Positions 48,879 to 59,050 of a stretch of 64,000 bases of DNA are shown in pieces. Below the pieces are notes generated by a model. The model made no database searches and was not told the origin of the DNA. It was given only the letters and a program-made list of their open reading frames with translations. Origin of the DNA: Hyphomicrobiales bacterium (lineage in GTDB: Bacteria > Pseudomonadota > Alphaproteobacteria > Rhizobiales > JACESI01). The DNA is taken from assembly GCA_039964305.1 (NCBI GenBank), contig JBDVXS010000142.1, positions 89,666 through 153,665 of the forward strand, in the 5' to 3' direction. Numbering within the stretch: position 1 is the first letter of the stretch; every line of letters begins with the position of its first letter. The position numbers and the translations under genes were made by a program.

Positions 48879-49232
48879 TTGTTGGCGATTAATTTGCGTG
48901 CAAGTCAGGCGTTAAGTTTGTGGCGCGAGGTCAATCTCGATCTCGTCCATAAAGACGATATTGACTTGTCTTATCGTCAGCTCACCATTCTTTTGACGAT
49001 CTATCTAGAAAAGCCGCCGCACACCGTGCGTGGGCTAGCGCAGCAACTCAATGTGACGAAGCCAGTCATCACCAGAGCCTTGGACACAATGGGCAAACGC
49101 GGGCTTGTTTCGCGTGTCCGTGATGAAGAAGATAAGCGTAATGTTATCATTCAACGCACGGTAGAGGGCGCCCTCTATGTAGAAACGCTTGGTGATGCTA
49201 TACAAAATCGCGCACGTTTACTTCCTATTTAG
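48879..49232 (+). CDS. MarR family transcriptional regulator
   Basis: 117 aa winged-helix protein (VRGLAQQLNVTKPVITRALDTMGKRGLV). TTG start. Confidence 0.75.
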   Translation: MLAINLRASQALSLWREVNLDLVHKDDIDLSYRQLTILLTIYLEKPPHTVRGLAQQLNVTKPVITRALDTMGKRGLVSRVRDEEDKRNVIIQRTVEGALYVETLGDAIQNRARLLPI

Positions 49233-49278
49233 TATAATAGGCGATGCTGCAGCCAAGAATTGGCAAAGGATCTGCACC

Positions 49279-50229
49279 ATGGACGACCGTTATTTAAATA
49301 TTCCAACTGAGCTTTCTAATGACGTGCGTTTGAGCCCTATTCGTGATGGCGTTGCCGCAGAACAGCTCCAAGGCATGGTGCAAGCAGATAAATTTGCCGA
49401 AGGCAAAGACCTTCACATCACGGCACCAGTTTGTGTTTTAAAGCGTGAACCCAATGATAATGCAGCCATTGACAGCCAGTTGCTTTACGGTGAGCGCTTT
49501 GTTGCTTTTGGCGAAAAGGGCAAATGGCTTTGGGGGCAAGCCCCTCGCGACCATTATGTTGGCTGGATTCGTAAGAGCGTTGTGGCTGAAGGTCATTTGG
49601 ACACGACCCATCAAGTGATGTCTCGTGGGACGTTTTTATACACAGAAGCAGACATGAAATCTCAGCCAGTGATGAAAATTCCAATGGCGTCTCGCTTGGT
49701 CGTGACAGATCGTGTCACTGTTCGTGATACAGATTACCTTAAAACCCGCCATGGATGGCTGATTAAGAAGCATATTAGAGCTTTGTCAAAGAGCGCGCGC
49801 GATTTTGTTATGGTCGGCGAAAGCATGCTTGGCATGACATATCTTTGGGCAGGTCGTTCAACATTTGGATTGGATTGCTCCGGTCTTGTTCAATTAGCGA
49901 TGCAAATGGCTGGTATTGCCGTTTTGCGTGACACTGACATGCAAGAAGCAACCATTGGTGAGCGTGTTGACTTGTCACCTGATCTTACGGGTCTGAAAAG
50001 AGGCGATCTCATCTTCTGGCCGGGTCATGTCGGTATGATGCGCGATAGTGACACCTTGCTGCATGCCAATGGTCATACGATGACCGTTTTCTCTGAGCCA
50101 TTGGAAAATGCTGTTGAGCGAATTTCATACCTTTATGGGGCACCACGTTCTGTTCGCAGGCCTTTTGCGCTCACGGGACAAGTGGCTACTCCCGTTGAAA
50201 ACGCTGCACCAATCGCGCAAGCAAGTTAA
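49279..50229 (+). CDS. NlpC/P60 family peptidoglycan peptidase with N-terminal SH3-like domains
   Basis: Catalytic Cys in GLDCSGLVQ and His in WPGHVGMM. I chose the internal start MDDRYLNIP. Confidence 0.8.
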   Translation: MDDRYLNIPTELSNDVRLSPIRDGVAAEQLQGMVQADKFAEGKDLHITAPVCVLKREPNDNAAIDSQLLYGERFVAFGEKGKWLWGQAPRDHYVGWIRKSVVAEGHLDTTHQVMSRGTFLYTEADMKSQPVMKIPMASRLVVTDRVTVRDTDYLKTRHGWLIKKHIRALSKSARDFVMVGESMLGMTYLWAGRSTFGLDCSGLVQLAMQMAGIAVLRDTDMQEATIGERVDLSPDLTGLKRGDLIFWPGHVGMMRDSDTLLHANGHTMTVFSEPLENAVERISYLYGAPRSVRRPFALTGQVATPVENAAPIAQAS

Positions 50230-50242
50230 TCGCTAAACCAGT

Positions 50243-51871
50243 TTAGTCCGATACAACGCCCGTCGTTGCCTCAATATTGAAGGCAGCGGCCATCAATGCT
50301 TTTGTGTAATCAGTTTCGGGCGCATCGAAAATTTGCGCGGCTGGGCCATGCTCAACAATCTTGCCTTGCTGCATCACCATCACATGGTTTGATAAAGCAC
50401 GGACGACTTTCAAATCATGGCTGATGAACAAATAGGTGAGCTGATGCTTCTTTTGCAGGTCACGCAACAAATCAACCACTTGCGCCTGTACGCTCATATC
50501 AAGGGCAGATGTCGGTTCATCTAACATCACAAATTTTGGTTCGAGCACCATAGCGCGCGCAATTGAAATACGCTGACGTTGCCCGCCAGAAAATTCATGC
50601 GGATAGCGAACACGCGTATCAGGATCAAGCCCTACTTCTTTAAGCACATTACAAACGGCCTGCTCGCGTCCACGGCTATCCAAGTCAGGCTTATGAATAC
50701 GCAGACCTTCCTCGATGATGTCTTGCACAGAAAGGCGCGGGCTGAGTGAGCCGAAAGGGTCTTGAAAGACAATTTGCATATCGCGGCGCAGCGGTCGCAT
50801 GTCTTTGAAACTAAGATTGTTAATCTCGCGATCGCAAAAGCGGATATTGCCTTCAGATGAAATCAAACGCATCAGCGCAAGGCCAAGCGTTGTTTTGCCC
50901 GAACCACTTTCACCCACGACACCAAGCGTTTGCCCAGCTCGCACGGCAATATCGACACCGTTTACAGCCTTTACATGATCAACCGTGCGGCGCATCAAGC
51001 CTGCTTTAATCGGGAACCAAACTTTAAGGTCGTCAACTTCCATAACCAAAGGTGCTGTGGCATCTTCTGCAATGGGATCGCCTTTTGGTTCAGCTGAGAG
51101 CAAATGGCGGGTATAGTCATGTTGCGGGTGATCAAAAATTGCGGTTGTGTCCCCACGCTCAACAATTTCACCATTGGTCATAACGCAAACTTCGTCTGCA
51201 ATTTTTCGCACAATACCAAGGTCATGGGTGATGAACAAAAGACCCATGCCTGTTTCATCTTGTAGCTTTTTCAACAGCTCCAAAATTTGCGCTTGCACGG
51301 TCACATCAAGGGCGGTTGTCGGCTCATCTGCAATCAGAAGATCTGGTTCATTAGCCAGCGCCATGGCAATCATTACCCGTTGGCGTTGTCCACCTGAGAG
51401 CTGATGCGGGTAAGATTTTAACCGAGACTTTGGATCGCGTATGCCCACTTGTTCGAGTAATTCGAGTACCCGTATTTGTGCCTTGCTATCACTCATACCG
51501 CGATGAATTTTCAAGGTTTCCGCAATTTGCCGTTCAATCGTATGCAGTGGATTGAGCGAGGACATCGGCTCTTGGAAAATGAACGAAATGCCGTTGCCTC
51601 GCACTTCCCGCAAGCGCTTTTCAGGGATGGAGAGAAGGTTTTCGCCCTCATAGATAATCTCACCATGCGGGTGGTGGGCGGCAGGATAGGGAAGTAGTTT
51701 CAAAACAGAAAGGGCCGAGACTGATTTGCCAGAACCAGATTCGCCCACGAGCGCGAGCGTCTTACCTTTATAAAGGTCAAAGGACACGCCTTTAACAGCA
51801 TCCGTTACCTTGCCGCCTTGGCGGAATTGTACGCCGAGATTTTTAACGGAGAGAAGAGGTGCCTCACTCAT
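50243..51871 (-). CDS. yejF: peptide/microcin-type ABC transporter, fused double ATP-binding protein
   Basis: 542 aa with two Walker A motifs ([16 protein letters not shown]) and two signature motifs ([16 protein letters not shown]). Confidence 0.88.
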   Translation of the reverse strand: MSEAPLLSVKNLGVQFRQGGKVTDAVKGVSFDLYKGKTLALVGESGSGKSVSALSVLKLLPYPAAHHPHGEIIYEGENLLSIPEKRLREVRGNGISFIFQEPMSSLNPLHTIERQIAETLKIHRGMSDSKAQIRVLELLEQVGIRDPKSRLKSYPHQLSGGQRQRVMIAMALANEPDLLIADEPTTALDVTVQAQILELLKKLQDETGMGLLFITHDLGIVRKIADEVCVMTNGEIVERGDTTAIFDHPQHDYTRHLLSAEPKGDPIAEDATAPLVMEVDDLKVWFPIKAGLMRRTVDHVKAVNGVDIAVRAGQTLGVVGESGSGKTTLGLALMRLISSEGNIRFCDREINNLSFKDMRPLRRDMQIVFQDPFGSLSPRLSVQDIIEEGLRIHKPDLDSRGREQAVCNVLKEVGLDPDTRVRYPHEFSGGQRQRISIARAMVLEPKFVMLDEPTSALDMSVQAQVVDLLRDLQKKHQLTYLFISHDLKVVRALSNHVMVMQQGKIVEHGPAAQIFDAPETDYTKALMAAAFNIEATTGVVSD

Positions 51872-52299
51872 GCTAAGGCCTCCAATTCATCAAGGCTTAA
51901 AACATCAATCGGGCTATAATGGCGCATGTCTTTATCTTGCGAAATGACGAAGGCACAGTCTGCCGCTTCCGCTGTTGCACAATGCACAGCATCTATCAGC
52001 TCAAGACCTGATGTAGCGGCGAAAGTGGCAGCTTCACGCATAATAGTACCGTCGGCTGCAAGGGGTGTTAGGCCGTTGCTGTTATCAAATAGTTCTTGAT
52101 AACGTGCAACCAAATCGATGTTTTCGTTTTGCATTGGTTTTAACAGGACTTCACCGCGTGTGACTTCACTGGTGACCAGATAGACGAGGCCTTGCTCCGC
52201 CGCGCGAAACAGGTCGATTGCTTTGGCGTTGAAGGCTTCCACCATCGCAATGAAGATGTTGGTGTCGAGGTAGACTTGTTCGTGAAGAAGGCGTTGCAT
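51868..52299 (-). CDS. PIN domain (VapC-like) putative ribonuclease
   Basis: 143 aa with acidic residues at canonical PIN positions: D12 (YLDTNIF), E45 (TSEVT), D103 (LIDAVH) and D122/D124 (SQDKD). It has its own SD (GAGGGA). Its stop overlaps the yejF start (ATGA). Confidence 0.75.
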   Translation of the reverse strand: MQRLLHEQVYLDTNIFIAMVEAFNAKAIDLFRAAEQGLVYLVTSEVTRGEVLLKPMQNENIDLVARYQELFDNSNGLTPLAADGTIMREAATFAATSGLELIDAVHCATAEAADCAFVISQDKDMRHYSPIDVLSLDELEALA

Positions 52300-52309
52300 T
52301 TATTATCCC

Positions 52310-53446
52310 TCACACAAATGTCTTGCGCGGATCCAGCGCATCTCGAACGGCTTCGCCGATAAAGATGAGCAAGCTCAGCATAAAAGAGATAATCAGGAAT
52401 GCAGAAATACCAAGCCACGGTGCTTGTAGTTCATCCTTACCCTGTCGCAACAATTCACCCAGTGATGGCGACCCCGGTGGCAGGCCAAAGCCTAGGAAAT
52501 CAAGCGAGGTCAATGTGGTGATTGACCCGTTCAAAATGAAAGGCATGAAGGTGATCGTGGCGACCATGGCATTGGGTAGCAGGTGCCGCCACATGATGGT
52601 TCTGTTTGATACACCAAGGGCACGTGCCGCATTGACGTATTCTAAGTTACGCGCCCGAAGGAATTCAGCTCGCACAACGCCCACAAGCGCCACCCAAGAA
52701 AATAGCAATAAGATGCCAAGCAGAACCCAAAAGCCCGGCGCAATCACTGAAGCGATAATCAGCAAGAGGTAGAGCTGTGGGACTGACGACCAAATCTCGA
52801 TGAAACGCTGCAACAGCAGGTCTGTCCAGCCACCGAAATAACCTTGCACAGCACCAGCAGCAACGCCGATGATGGAAGAGAAAATCGTCAGCACAAGACC
52901 AAAGATGACGGAAAGACGGAAGCCATAAATGACACGGGCAACAACATCGCGGCCCTGATTGTCGGTGCCAAGAAAGTTTAAATTGCCGAACGTGCAATTC
53001 ACGTCCTCAACGCCATTTGGATATTTGCCACAGGCTTCTGAACGCTCCATCAACCAAAAGGGTGCGGAAGGGGCAGGGCGCGGAATATCTTTATTGACGG
53101 TGCGGAATGAATAACGAAACAGCGGCCAAACCATCCAGCCATTTGCTGTGATCTCATCTTGAATGAAAGGGTCGCGATAATCTGTGACGGCTAGGAACCC
53201 GCCGAATTTTTCCTCTGGATAGTCCACCACCACAGGAAACAGCAGTTCGCCATTATAGCTTGCGATAATCGGTTTATCGTTGGCGATCACCTCTGCAAAA
53301 AGCGAGACTAAGAATAAGAAAATGAAAATCCACAACGACCATGAGCCGCGCTTATTCGCATTGAAATTTGCCCATCGACGCTGATTAAGCGGAGAGAGGC
53401 GCGACTTCTTCGTTTCTTCGGCCAGAGGCATGGTTAGACTAGACAA
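52310..53446 (-). CDS. yejE: peptide ABC transporter permease
   Basis: 378 aa, OppC/DppC-like, with an extended periplasmic loop as in YejE. Confidence 0.85.
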   Translation of the reverse strand: MSSLTMPLAEETKKSRLSPLNQRRWANFNANKRGSWSLWIFIFLFLVSLFAEVIANDKPIIASYNGELLFPVVVDYPEEKFGGFLAVTDYRDPFIQDEITANGWMVWPLFRYSFRTVNKDIPRPAPSAPFWLMERSEACGKYPNGVEDVNCTFGNLNFLGTDNQGRDVVARVIYGFRLSVIFGLVLTIFSSIIGVAAGAVQGYFGGWTDLLLQRFIEIWSSVPQLYLLLIIASVIAPGFWVLLGILLLFSWVALVGVVRAEFLRARNLEYVNAARALGVSNRTIMWRHLLPNAMVATITFMPFILNGSITTLTSLDFLGFGLPPGSPSLGELLRQGKDELQAPWLGISAFLIISFMLSLLIFIGEAVRDALDPRKTFV

Positions 53447-54541
53447 TCACACCTCCCGCGCTTCAAAATCAATGCGTGGATCAATCGTCATGTAAACCAC
53501 GTCAGAAATCAAATTCACAATCAAACCCATAAGCGAGAAAATATAGAGCGTGGCAAACACCACGGCGTAATCTCGGTTGAGGACAGATTCAAAGCCAAGA
53601 AGGCCGAGCCCATCGAGCGAGAAGATAACCTCAATCAAAAGCGATCCTGTGAAGAACGCTGTGATAAAGGCTCCTGGAAAACCAGCGATAATAATCAACA
53701 TCGCATTACGGAAAACATGGCCGTAAAGCACACGCTGCTCACTTAAGCCTTTGGCGCGAGCGGTGACCACATATTGTTTTCTGATTTCATCCAAAAACGA
53801 ATTCTTGGTGAGGAAGGTGGTTGTAGCAAAAGCGGCAAGCGCTAAGGCTGTGATTGGCAGAGCAAGGTGCCAGAAATAGTCAACAATTTTGCCAAATAAC
53901 GACAAGTCATTGAAATTATCCGAGGTCAGTCCCCTGAGTGGGAACCAGTCGAAAAACTCACTGCCTGCGAAAAACACAATCAGCAAAATGGCAAACAAGA
54001 AGCCCGGTATAGCGTAGGCGACGACAACAACACCGGATGTCCATATGTCAAATTTACTGCCATCTGATACCGCTTTTTTAATGCCAAGCGGAATGGAGAT
54101 GCCATATTGCAGCAGGGTGAGCCAAAGCCCGAGCGAGATGGAGACTGGCATTTTTTCAATTATGAGATCGATAACAGAGACATCACGGAAGAAGCTGTCG
54201 CCAAAATCGAACCTTAGATAGTCCCAAACCATAATGAAGAAGCGCTCAACGGGTGGTTTGTCAAAACCAAATTGTGCTTCCAATTCTTTGATGAAATCGG
54301 GGTCTAGGCCCTGCGCACCGCGATATTTTGAGCCAAGTTCATTGAGCGACAGGTCTTTGCTGATATCACCCGCACCGCCACTCACACGATCAGAAGCCCC
54401 ACCAGCGGCGCCGGTGAGCTCTGCAATTATCTTTTCAACAGGACCGCCCGGTGCGAACTGGATGACCAGAAACGCAATCGCCATGATGCCAAGCATCGTT
54501 GGTATTATGAGCAAGAGTCGCCGAAATATGTAGGCGGCCAT
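53447..54541 (-). CDS. yejB: peptide ABC transporter permease
   Basis: 364 aa, OppB/DppB-like. Confidence 0.85.
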   Translation of the reverse strand: MAAYIFRRLLLIIPTMLGIMAIAFLVIQFAPGGPVEKIIAELTGAAGGASDRVSGGAGDISKDLSLNELGSKYRGAQGLDPDFIKELEAQFGFDKPPVERFFIMVWDYLRFDFGDSFFRDVSVIDLIIEKMPVSISLGLWLTLLQYGISIPLGIKKAVSDGSKFDIWTSGVVVVAYAIPGFLFAILLIVFFAGSEFFDWFPLRGLTSDNFNDLSLFGKIVDYFWHLALPITALALAAFATTTFLTKNSFLDEIRKQYVVTARAKGLSEQRVLYGHVFRNAMLIIIAGFPGAFITAFFTGSLLIEVIFSLDGLGLLGFESVLNRDYAVVFATLYIFSLMGLIVNLISDVVYMTIDPRIDFEAREV

Positions 54542-54569
54542 GTAATCTCCGTAGCGCGCGAATCAGTTG

Positions 54570-56459
54570 TTAGATCTTGGCTGCTTTTTCCGCATCATAC
54601 CACCATGTTGATAGATACGGGAACGCATAAGCTGGTTTTTCAACTTGCGGGAAGCCAAATTTATTCCAATAAGCAACGCGGTGGATGTCAATGTGCCAAT
54701 TTGGAATGGTGTAGAAGTTAGCACGCAACACGCGGTCTAGAGCGCGGGCGGCAACTTCCATATCGGCGCGGTTTTTTGCACCTTCTACGGCTGTAATCAG
54801 CGCGTCGACTGCTTTCAACTTAACACCGGAGAAGTTGCCAGTGCCTGGAAGGTCTGCGGCTTGTGACGAGAACGCTGTTTTGAAGCCTTGCAGCGGTGTC
54901 GCAGAGAAGCGGCGGGCTTGGCCAACAACATCGAAGTCATAGTTGCGCACGCGGTCGTTATATTGTGCGGCTTCCACATGACGAATATTGGCTTTAACGC
55001 CAATGAGCTCGAGGCTTTGAATGTAGGGGGCAAGAACCCGTTCAAAGCGGCGCGAGCGAATAAGGAACTCCAGTGTTAGTTGGGTGCCATCATCCTTGGT
55101 TTGGACGCCATCAATGCGTTTCCAGCCCGCTTCCTTGAGCAATTGTGCCGCTTTGCGTAACTGGTTGCGGTCACGGCCTGTGCCATCTGAAACAGGTGGT
55201 TTTACGGCTTCATCAAACACACGATCGCCAAGCTCTTCGCGGAAAGGCTCAAGAAGCGCAAGTTCTGCACCTTCTGGTTTGCCCTTGGCTTCAAAGGTTG
55301 ATGTCGCAAAATAGGATTCTGAGCGGGTGTAGGAACCATAGAAGAACGTCTCGTTGATCCACTCATAGTCAAACGCCAGCCCCAAAGCTTCGCGCGTTTT
55401 AGGGTCTGCAAATTGTGGCTTACGAGCGTTGATGAAGAACGCTTGAAGGATCGCAGATTTGTCACCTGGCAGGGTTGTCTTGATAACCTTGCCTTCTTTT
55501 ACAGCATCAAAGGTATATTGCGTTGCCCAGTTTTTCGCAGTGTCTTCTAAACGGAAATCAAGGTCGCCTTTTGCAAAAGCTTGGAAGCCCACGGCCCAGT
55601 CGCGGTAAAATTCGATGCGTATCACATCAAAGTTTCCGGTTCCGATATTGATCGGTAAATCTTTACCCCAATAATCGTCCTTGCGTGCGTATTCGATAAA
55701 GGTGCCTGGTTTGAAATTACCAACTTTGTAAGCGCCTGAAGAAACAGGGATATCCATTGAGTTGCCAGCAAAATCACGACCATCGTAATAAGCTTTAGAA
55801 AAAATCGGCAAGCCTGCTGCGGAGAATGGGGCGAACAAGGATTGTTTGCCGTTGAAGGAAATTTCTACCGTGTGGTCATCCAACGCGCGGCAACCAGCAA
55901 GGTCAGAAAGCGATTGGCTGATCGATGGGTAGCCTTTTTTGGGATCAATTAGTGTCTCAATAGACCAAACAACATCATGGGCTGTAATGGGAGATCCATC
56001 TGAGAAACGGGCTTCTTTACGCATGTTGAATGTAAAGGTATTGCCGTCTTCAGACACATCAATGGTTTTTGCAACAAGTCCGTAGATGGAATCTGGTTCA
56101 TCAGCTGTGCCAACGACAAGGCTGTCATAGCAAATTTCGATACCCATTGGACCATCACCTTTGGCGGCAAAGCCGTTCAGTGTGTTGTAGGTCTGGTAAT
56201 TTTGGTTATAGCCCCAGCTTGACGGGATAAAATTAAATTGCCCACCACGTGGTGCTGATGGATTAACGTAATCAAGATGTTTGAAGTCGGCTGGGTATTT
56301 AAGATCGCCAAAGGCTGAAAGACCGTGGAGCCCTTTTTTACCCGCAGCCCAAGCTAACGGTGCCATACCTGTTAGGGCCGCTGTTGCAGCGATACCTTTT
56401 AAAAATGATCGTCGGGTTGTTTCACACCGTAAAATTGGCGGTCTGCGATCAAAACTCAT
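54570..56459 (-). CDS. yejA: peptide ABC transporter periplasmic substrate-binding protein (family 5)
   Basis: About 629 aa from MSFDRRPP, with the twin-arginine-like signal TRRSFLKGIAATAALTG. The track ORF extends to 56498. Confidence 0.85.
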   Translation of the reverse strand: MSFDRRPPILRCETTRRSFLKGIAATAALTGMAPLAWAAGKKGLHGLSAFGDLKYPADFKHLDYVNPSAPRGGQFNFIPSSWGYNQNYQTYNTLNGFAAKGDGPMGIEICYDSLVVGTADEPDSIYGLVAKTIDVSEDGNTFTFNMRKEARFSDGSPITAHDVVWSIETLIDPKKGYPSISQSLSDLAGCRALDDHTVEISFNGKQSLFAPFSAAGLPIFSKAYYDGRDFAGNSMDIPVSSGAYKVGNFKPGTFIEYARKDDYWGKDLPINIGTGNFDVIRIEFYRDWAVGFQAFAKGDLDFRLEDTAKNWATQYTFDAVKEGKVIKTTLPGDKSAILQAFFINARKPQFADPKTREALGLAFDYEWINETFFYGSYTRSESYFATSTFEAKGKPEGAELALLEPFREELGDRVFDEAVKPPVSDGTGRDRNQLRKAAQLLKEAGWKRIDGVQTKDDGTQLTLEFLIRSRRFERVLAPYIQSLELIGVKANIRHVEAAQYNDRVRNYDFDVVGQARRFSATPLQGFKTAFSSQAADLPGTGNFSGVKLKAVDALITAVEGAKNRADMEVAARALDRVLRANFYTIPNWHIDIHRVAYWNKFGFPQVEKPAYAFPYLSTWWYDAEKAAKI

Positions 56460-56523
56460 ATCCGGTCCTCTCCCATAGACTTTAACAGGGGAGAACATAG
56501 CCGCACGATTTTGAAATGGCGAA

Positions 56524-56560
56524 TAAAAAACCGCTCAAAAGGCTATTTTGAGCGGTTTTT
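56524..56560. terminator. hairpin with flanking A-run and T-run downstream of the cytochrome c gene and upstream of yejA (both minus strand)
   Basis: AAAAAACCGCTCAAAAGGCTATTTTGAGCGGTTTTTG. Confidence 0.8.
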
Positions 56561-56581
56561 GAACTTTTTGTGAAGTTTTAG

Positions 56582-57127
56582 TTACTCGCCTGGAAGCGGA
56601 GCCGGTGACGCAGACAGGGTGCGCATATAAGAAATGATGTTTGCGCGGTCTTGAATTTTCTTCAAGCCAGCAAAGCCCATTGCCGTACCTTTGATCCACT
56701 TGCTTGGCTTTTTCAAGAAACCATCAAGCTCTTCGTAACTCCAAACTTTGTCTGCAGCGTAAGTTGTTAAGCCACCTGAATAACCAAACCCATCGGCAGA
56801 ACCGATTGCTTTGTTGACTACGTTATAAAGTGCTGGGCCAACTTTATTCTTGCCGCCTTCTTCAAAAGAGTGGCAAGCAACGCAACGCTTAAGAAGCTTT
56901 TCGCCCGCCGCAACATCTGCTGTCGCAAGCAACGGGCCGATTTCTTCTACTGGAGCGGGTTCACCAGCTGCATCGCCAGTGCCCGCGTCAGCGACTTCGA
57001 TTTTATAGCCCTTTGTTTCAGGTGCTTTGTGATGGAAGACTAGTTCGCTAATAAAGCTTACGCCGAGAACGACGAAAATAGTGAACAATAGGCCCATGAA
57101 AACGGTATTTATGTCGAGTTTTTGCAT
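56582..57127 (-). CDS. membrane-anchored c-type cytochrome (CycM-like)
   Basis: 181 aa with an N-terminal TM anchor and the haem motif CVACH. Confidence 0.8.
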   Translation of the reverse strand: MQKLDINTVFMGLLFTIFVVLGVSFISELVFHHKAPETKGYKIEVADAGTGDAAGEPAPVEEIGPLLATADVAAGEKLLKRCVACHSFEEGGKNKVGPALYNVVNKAIGSADGFGYSGGLTTYAADKVWSYEELDGFLKKPSKWIKGTAMGFAGLKKIQDRANIISYMRTLSASPAPLPGE

Positions 57128-57360
57128 CGCGAATGCGACTCCCTTTAAAAACTATGCCCCATACGGTAGCTGACGTCAGATCTTGTGTTTGCGCGGAAAC
57201 TACCCTTTTTGCTGGGAAAATCAACTATGATCAGCACCTCTTGTCAGTTTTGCGACAAAAAGCTGCACCTAGTAGTGAATTTCACCCTTGATATGGCCCT
57301 AACAAAGGTGCAGGAACAACGCCGTTGTATGACAAATGACCCTTTAAATAGAGATTCTTT

Positions 57361-58089
57361 ATGAACCCGCTCGTTCTGATCCCTTCCCGTATGGCCTCAA
57401 CCCGCCTACCAGGAAAACCGCTGGCCGACATAAATGGGCTTCCGATGATTGTTCAAGTCCATAAACGGGCAAGCGAAGCCAATATTGGGCGCGTGGTGGT
57501 TGCTGCGGATGATCAAGCGATTATCGACGCTGTTCTAGCCGCTGGTGGTGAGGCGATTATGACGCGGGCCGACCACACCAACGGGTCGGATCGTATCCAT
57601 GAAGCGATGGAAGCGATTGATCCTAATGGCGACCACGATGTGATCATCAATGTTCAAGGTGACCTGCCAACCATTGATCTCCAATCTATTCAGGCGACCT
57701 GTAAGATTTTGGAAAAAGACAATGTCGATATTTCCACGATCGCGGTCGAGATTATAGAAGAGGCTGAAAAAACCAATCCCAATGTGGTGAAGGTTGTCGG
57801 CACGCCGCTTCAAGATGGCAGTTTGAAAGCGCTTTATTTTACCAGAGCAACGGCACCTTATGGCGACGGTCCGCTTTATCATCACATTGGCCTTTATGGC
57901 TATAAGCGCGAAGCATTGAAGCGCTATGTGTCGCTTTCGCCTTCAACGCTTGAGATGCGTGAAAGTTTGGAGCAATTGCGCGCCCTTGAAGCGGGCATGT
58001 CAATTGAGGTGGCGCTCGTTGACACAATCCCACTTGGTGTCGATACTCCTGCCGACCTTGAAAAAGCCCGTGCCTTACTGGCTTCTTAA
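57361..58089 (+). CDS. kdsB: 3-deoxy-manno-octulosonate cytidylyltransferase
   Basis: 242 aa with [15 protein letters not shown] at the N-terminus, typical of KdsB. Confidence 0.9.
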   Translation: MNPLVLIPSRMASTRLPGKPLADINGLPMIVQVHKRASEANIGRVVVAADDQAIIDAVLAAGGEAIMTRADHTNGSDRIHEAMEAIDPNGDHDVIINVQGDLPTIDLQSIQATCKILEKDNVDISTIAVEIIEEAEKTNPNVVKVVGTPLQDGSLKALYFTRATAPYGDGPLYHHIGLYGYKREALKRYVSLSPSTLEMRESLEQLRALEAGMSIEVALVDTIPLGVDTPADLEKARALLAS

Positions 58090-58107
58090 ATCACGAGAAT
58101 AAATTAA

Positions 58108-58971
58108 ATGACTGACCAGCAACGTGCAAAAATTTCCTTTCAAGGAGAGAAGGGGGCGAACTCTGATTCGGCCTGTCGCGACATGTTCCCAGATATGGAG
58201 CCTTTGCCGTGTGCCACTTTTGAAGACGCGTTCGCAGCGGTTGAAACAAGTGTTGCAGATCTTGCAATGATACCGATTGATAATTCGCTCGCAGGTCGCG
58301 TCGCGGATATTCATCATCTATTGCCAGCTTCAAACTTACATATTGTTGGTGAGTATTTCTTGCCGATCCATTTTCAATTGATGGTGTTGCCAGGTGTTGC
58401 CAAAAGTGAAATCACAGAGGTCCACAGCCATATTCATGCCCTCGGTCAGTGCCGCAAAGTGATCCGTGAGAATGGCTGGGCTGGAATGGTTGCAAGCGAT
58501 ACCGCTGGTGCTGCCAAGATGGTGGCTGAGAGAGGCGACCGTCATGTTGCAGCTCTTGCGCCGTTTTTAGCGGCGGACCTTTATGGTCTTGATATTTTGG
58601 AAAAGAATGTCGAAGACGCCGATCACAACACGACCCGCTTTGTTGTTTTATCTCGTAAAGACAAAGTTCCCGCTAAGTCAGAGCAAGCAACGGTGATGTC
58701 ATTTGTATTTCGGGTGAGAAATGTGCCAGCGGCTTTATACAAAGCAATGGGTGGATTTGCGACCAATGGCGTTAACATGACGAAGCTTGAAAGCTATCAG
58801 CTTGATGGAAAGTTCACGGCAACCCAGTTTTATGCGGAAATTGACGGGCACCCTGACGATCAAGGGGTCAAATATGCGCTTGAAGAATTGGGTTTTTACT
58901 CAGATGAAATTAGAATTCTTGGTACCTACCCAGCAAGCTCATTTCGTAAAAAGATGAAGCAAGCAAGTTAG
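58108..58971 (+). CDS. pheA: prephenate dehydratase
   Basis: 287 aa with a PDT domain carrying the TRF motif (NTTRFVVL) and a C-terminal ACT domain. Confidence 0.9.
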   Translation: MTDQQRAKISFQGEKGANSDSACRDMFPDMEPLPCATFEDAFAAVETSVADLAMIPIDNSLAGRVADIHHLLPASNLHIVGEYFLPIHFQLMVLPGVAKSEITEVHSHIHALGQCRKVIRENGWAGMVASDTAGAAKMVAERGDRHVAALAPFLAADLYGLDILEKNVEDADHNTTRFVVLSRKDKVPAKSEQATVMSFVFRVRNVPAALYKAMGGFATNGVNMTKLESYQLDGKFTATQFYAEIDGHPDDQGVKYALEELGFYSDEIRILGTYPASSFRKKMKQAS

Positions 58972-58992
58972 TTTCGTTATCCAAAACAACAT

Positions 58993-59028
58993 AAAAAAAG
59001 CGGAGCTTTAGAAAGCTCCGCTTTTTCG
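58993..59028. terminator. bidirectional intrinsic terminator
   Basis: AAAAAAAGCGGAGCTTTAGAAAGCTCCGCTTTTTCG. Confidence 0.85.
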
Positions 59029-59050
59029 TATTTGTTACTGGGTGAAGTGT

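Noticed and set aside
52140-52418. 92-aa ORF overlapping the PIN gene start and the yejE 3' end, considered as a possible VapB-like antitoxin.
   Set aside because: It lies out of frame across two real genes. Its translation is Ser/Arg/Cys-rich with no AbrB, RHH, PHD or MazE-like features, and it has no SD.
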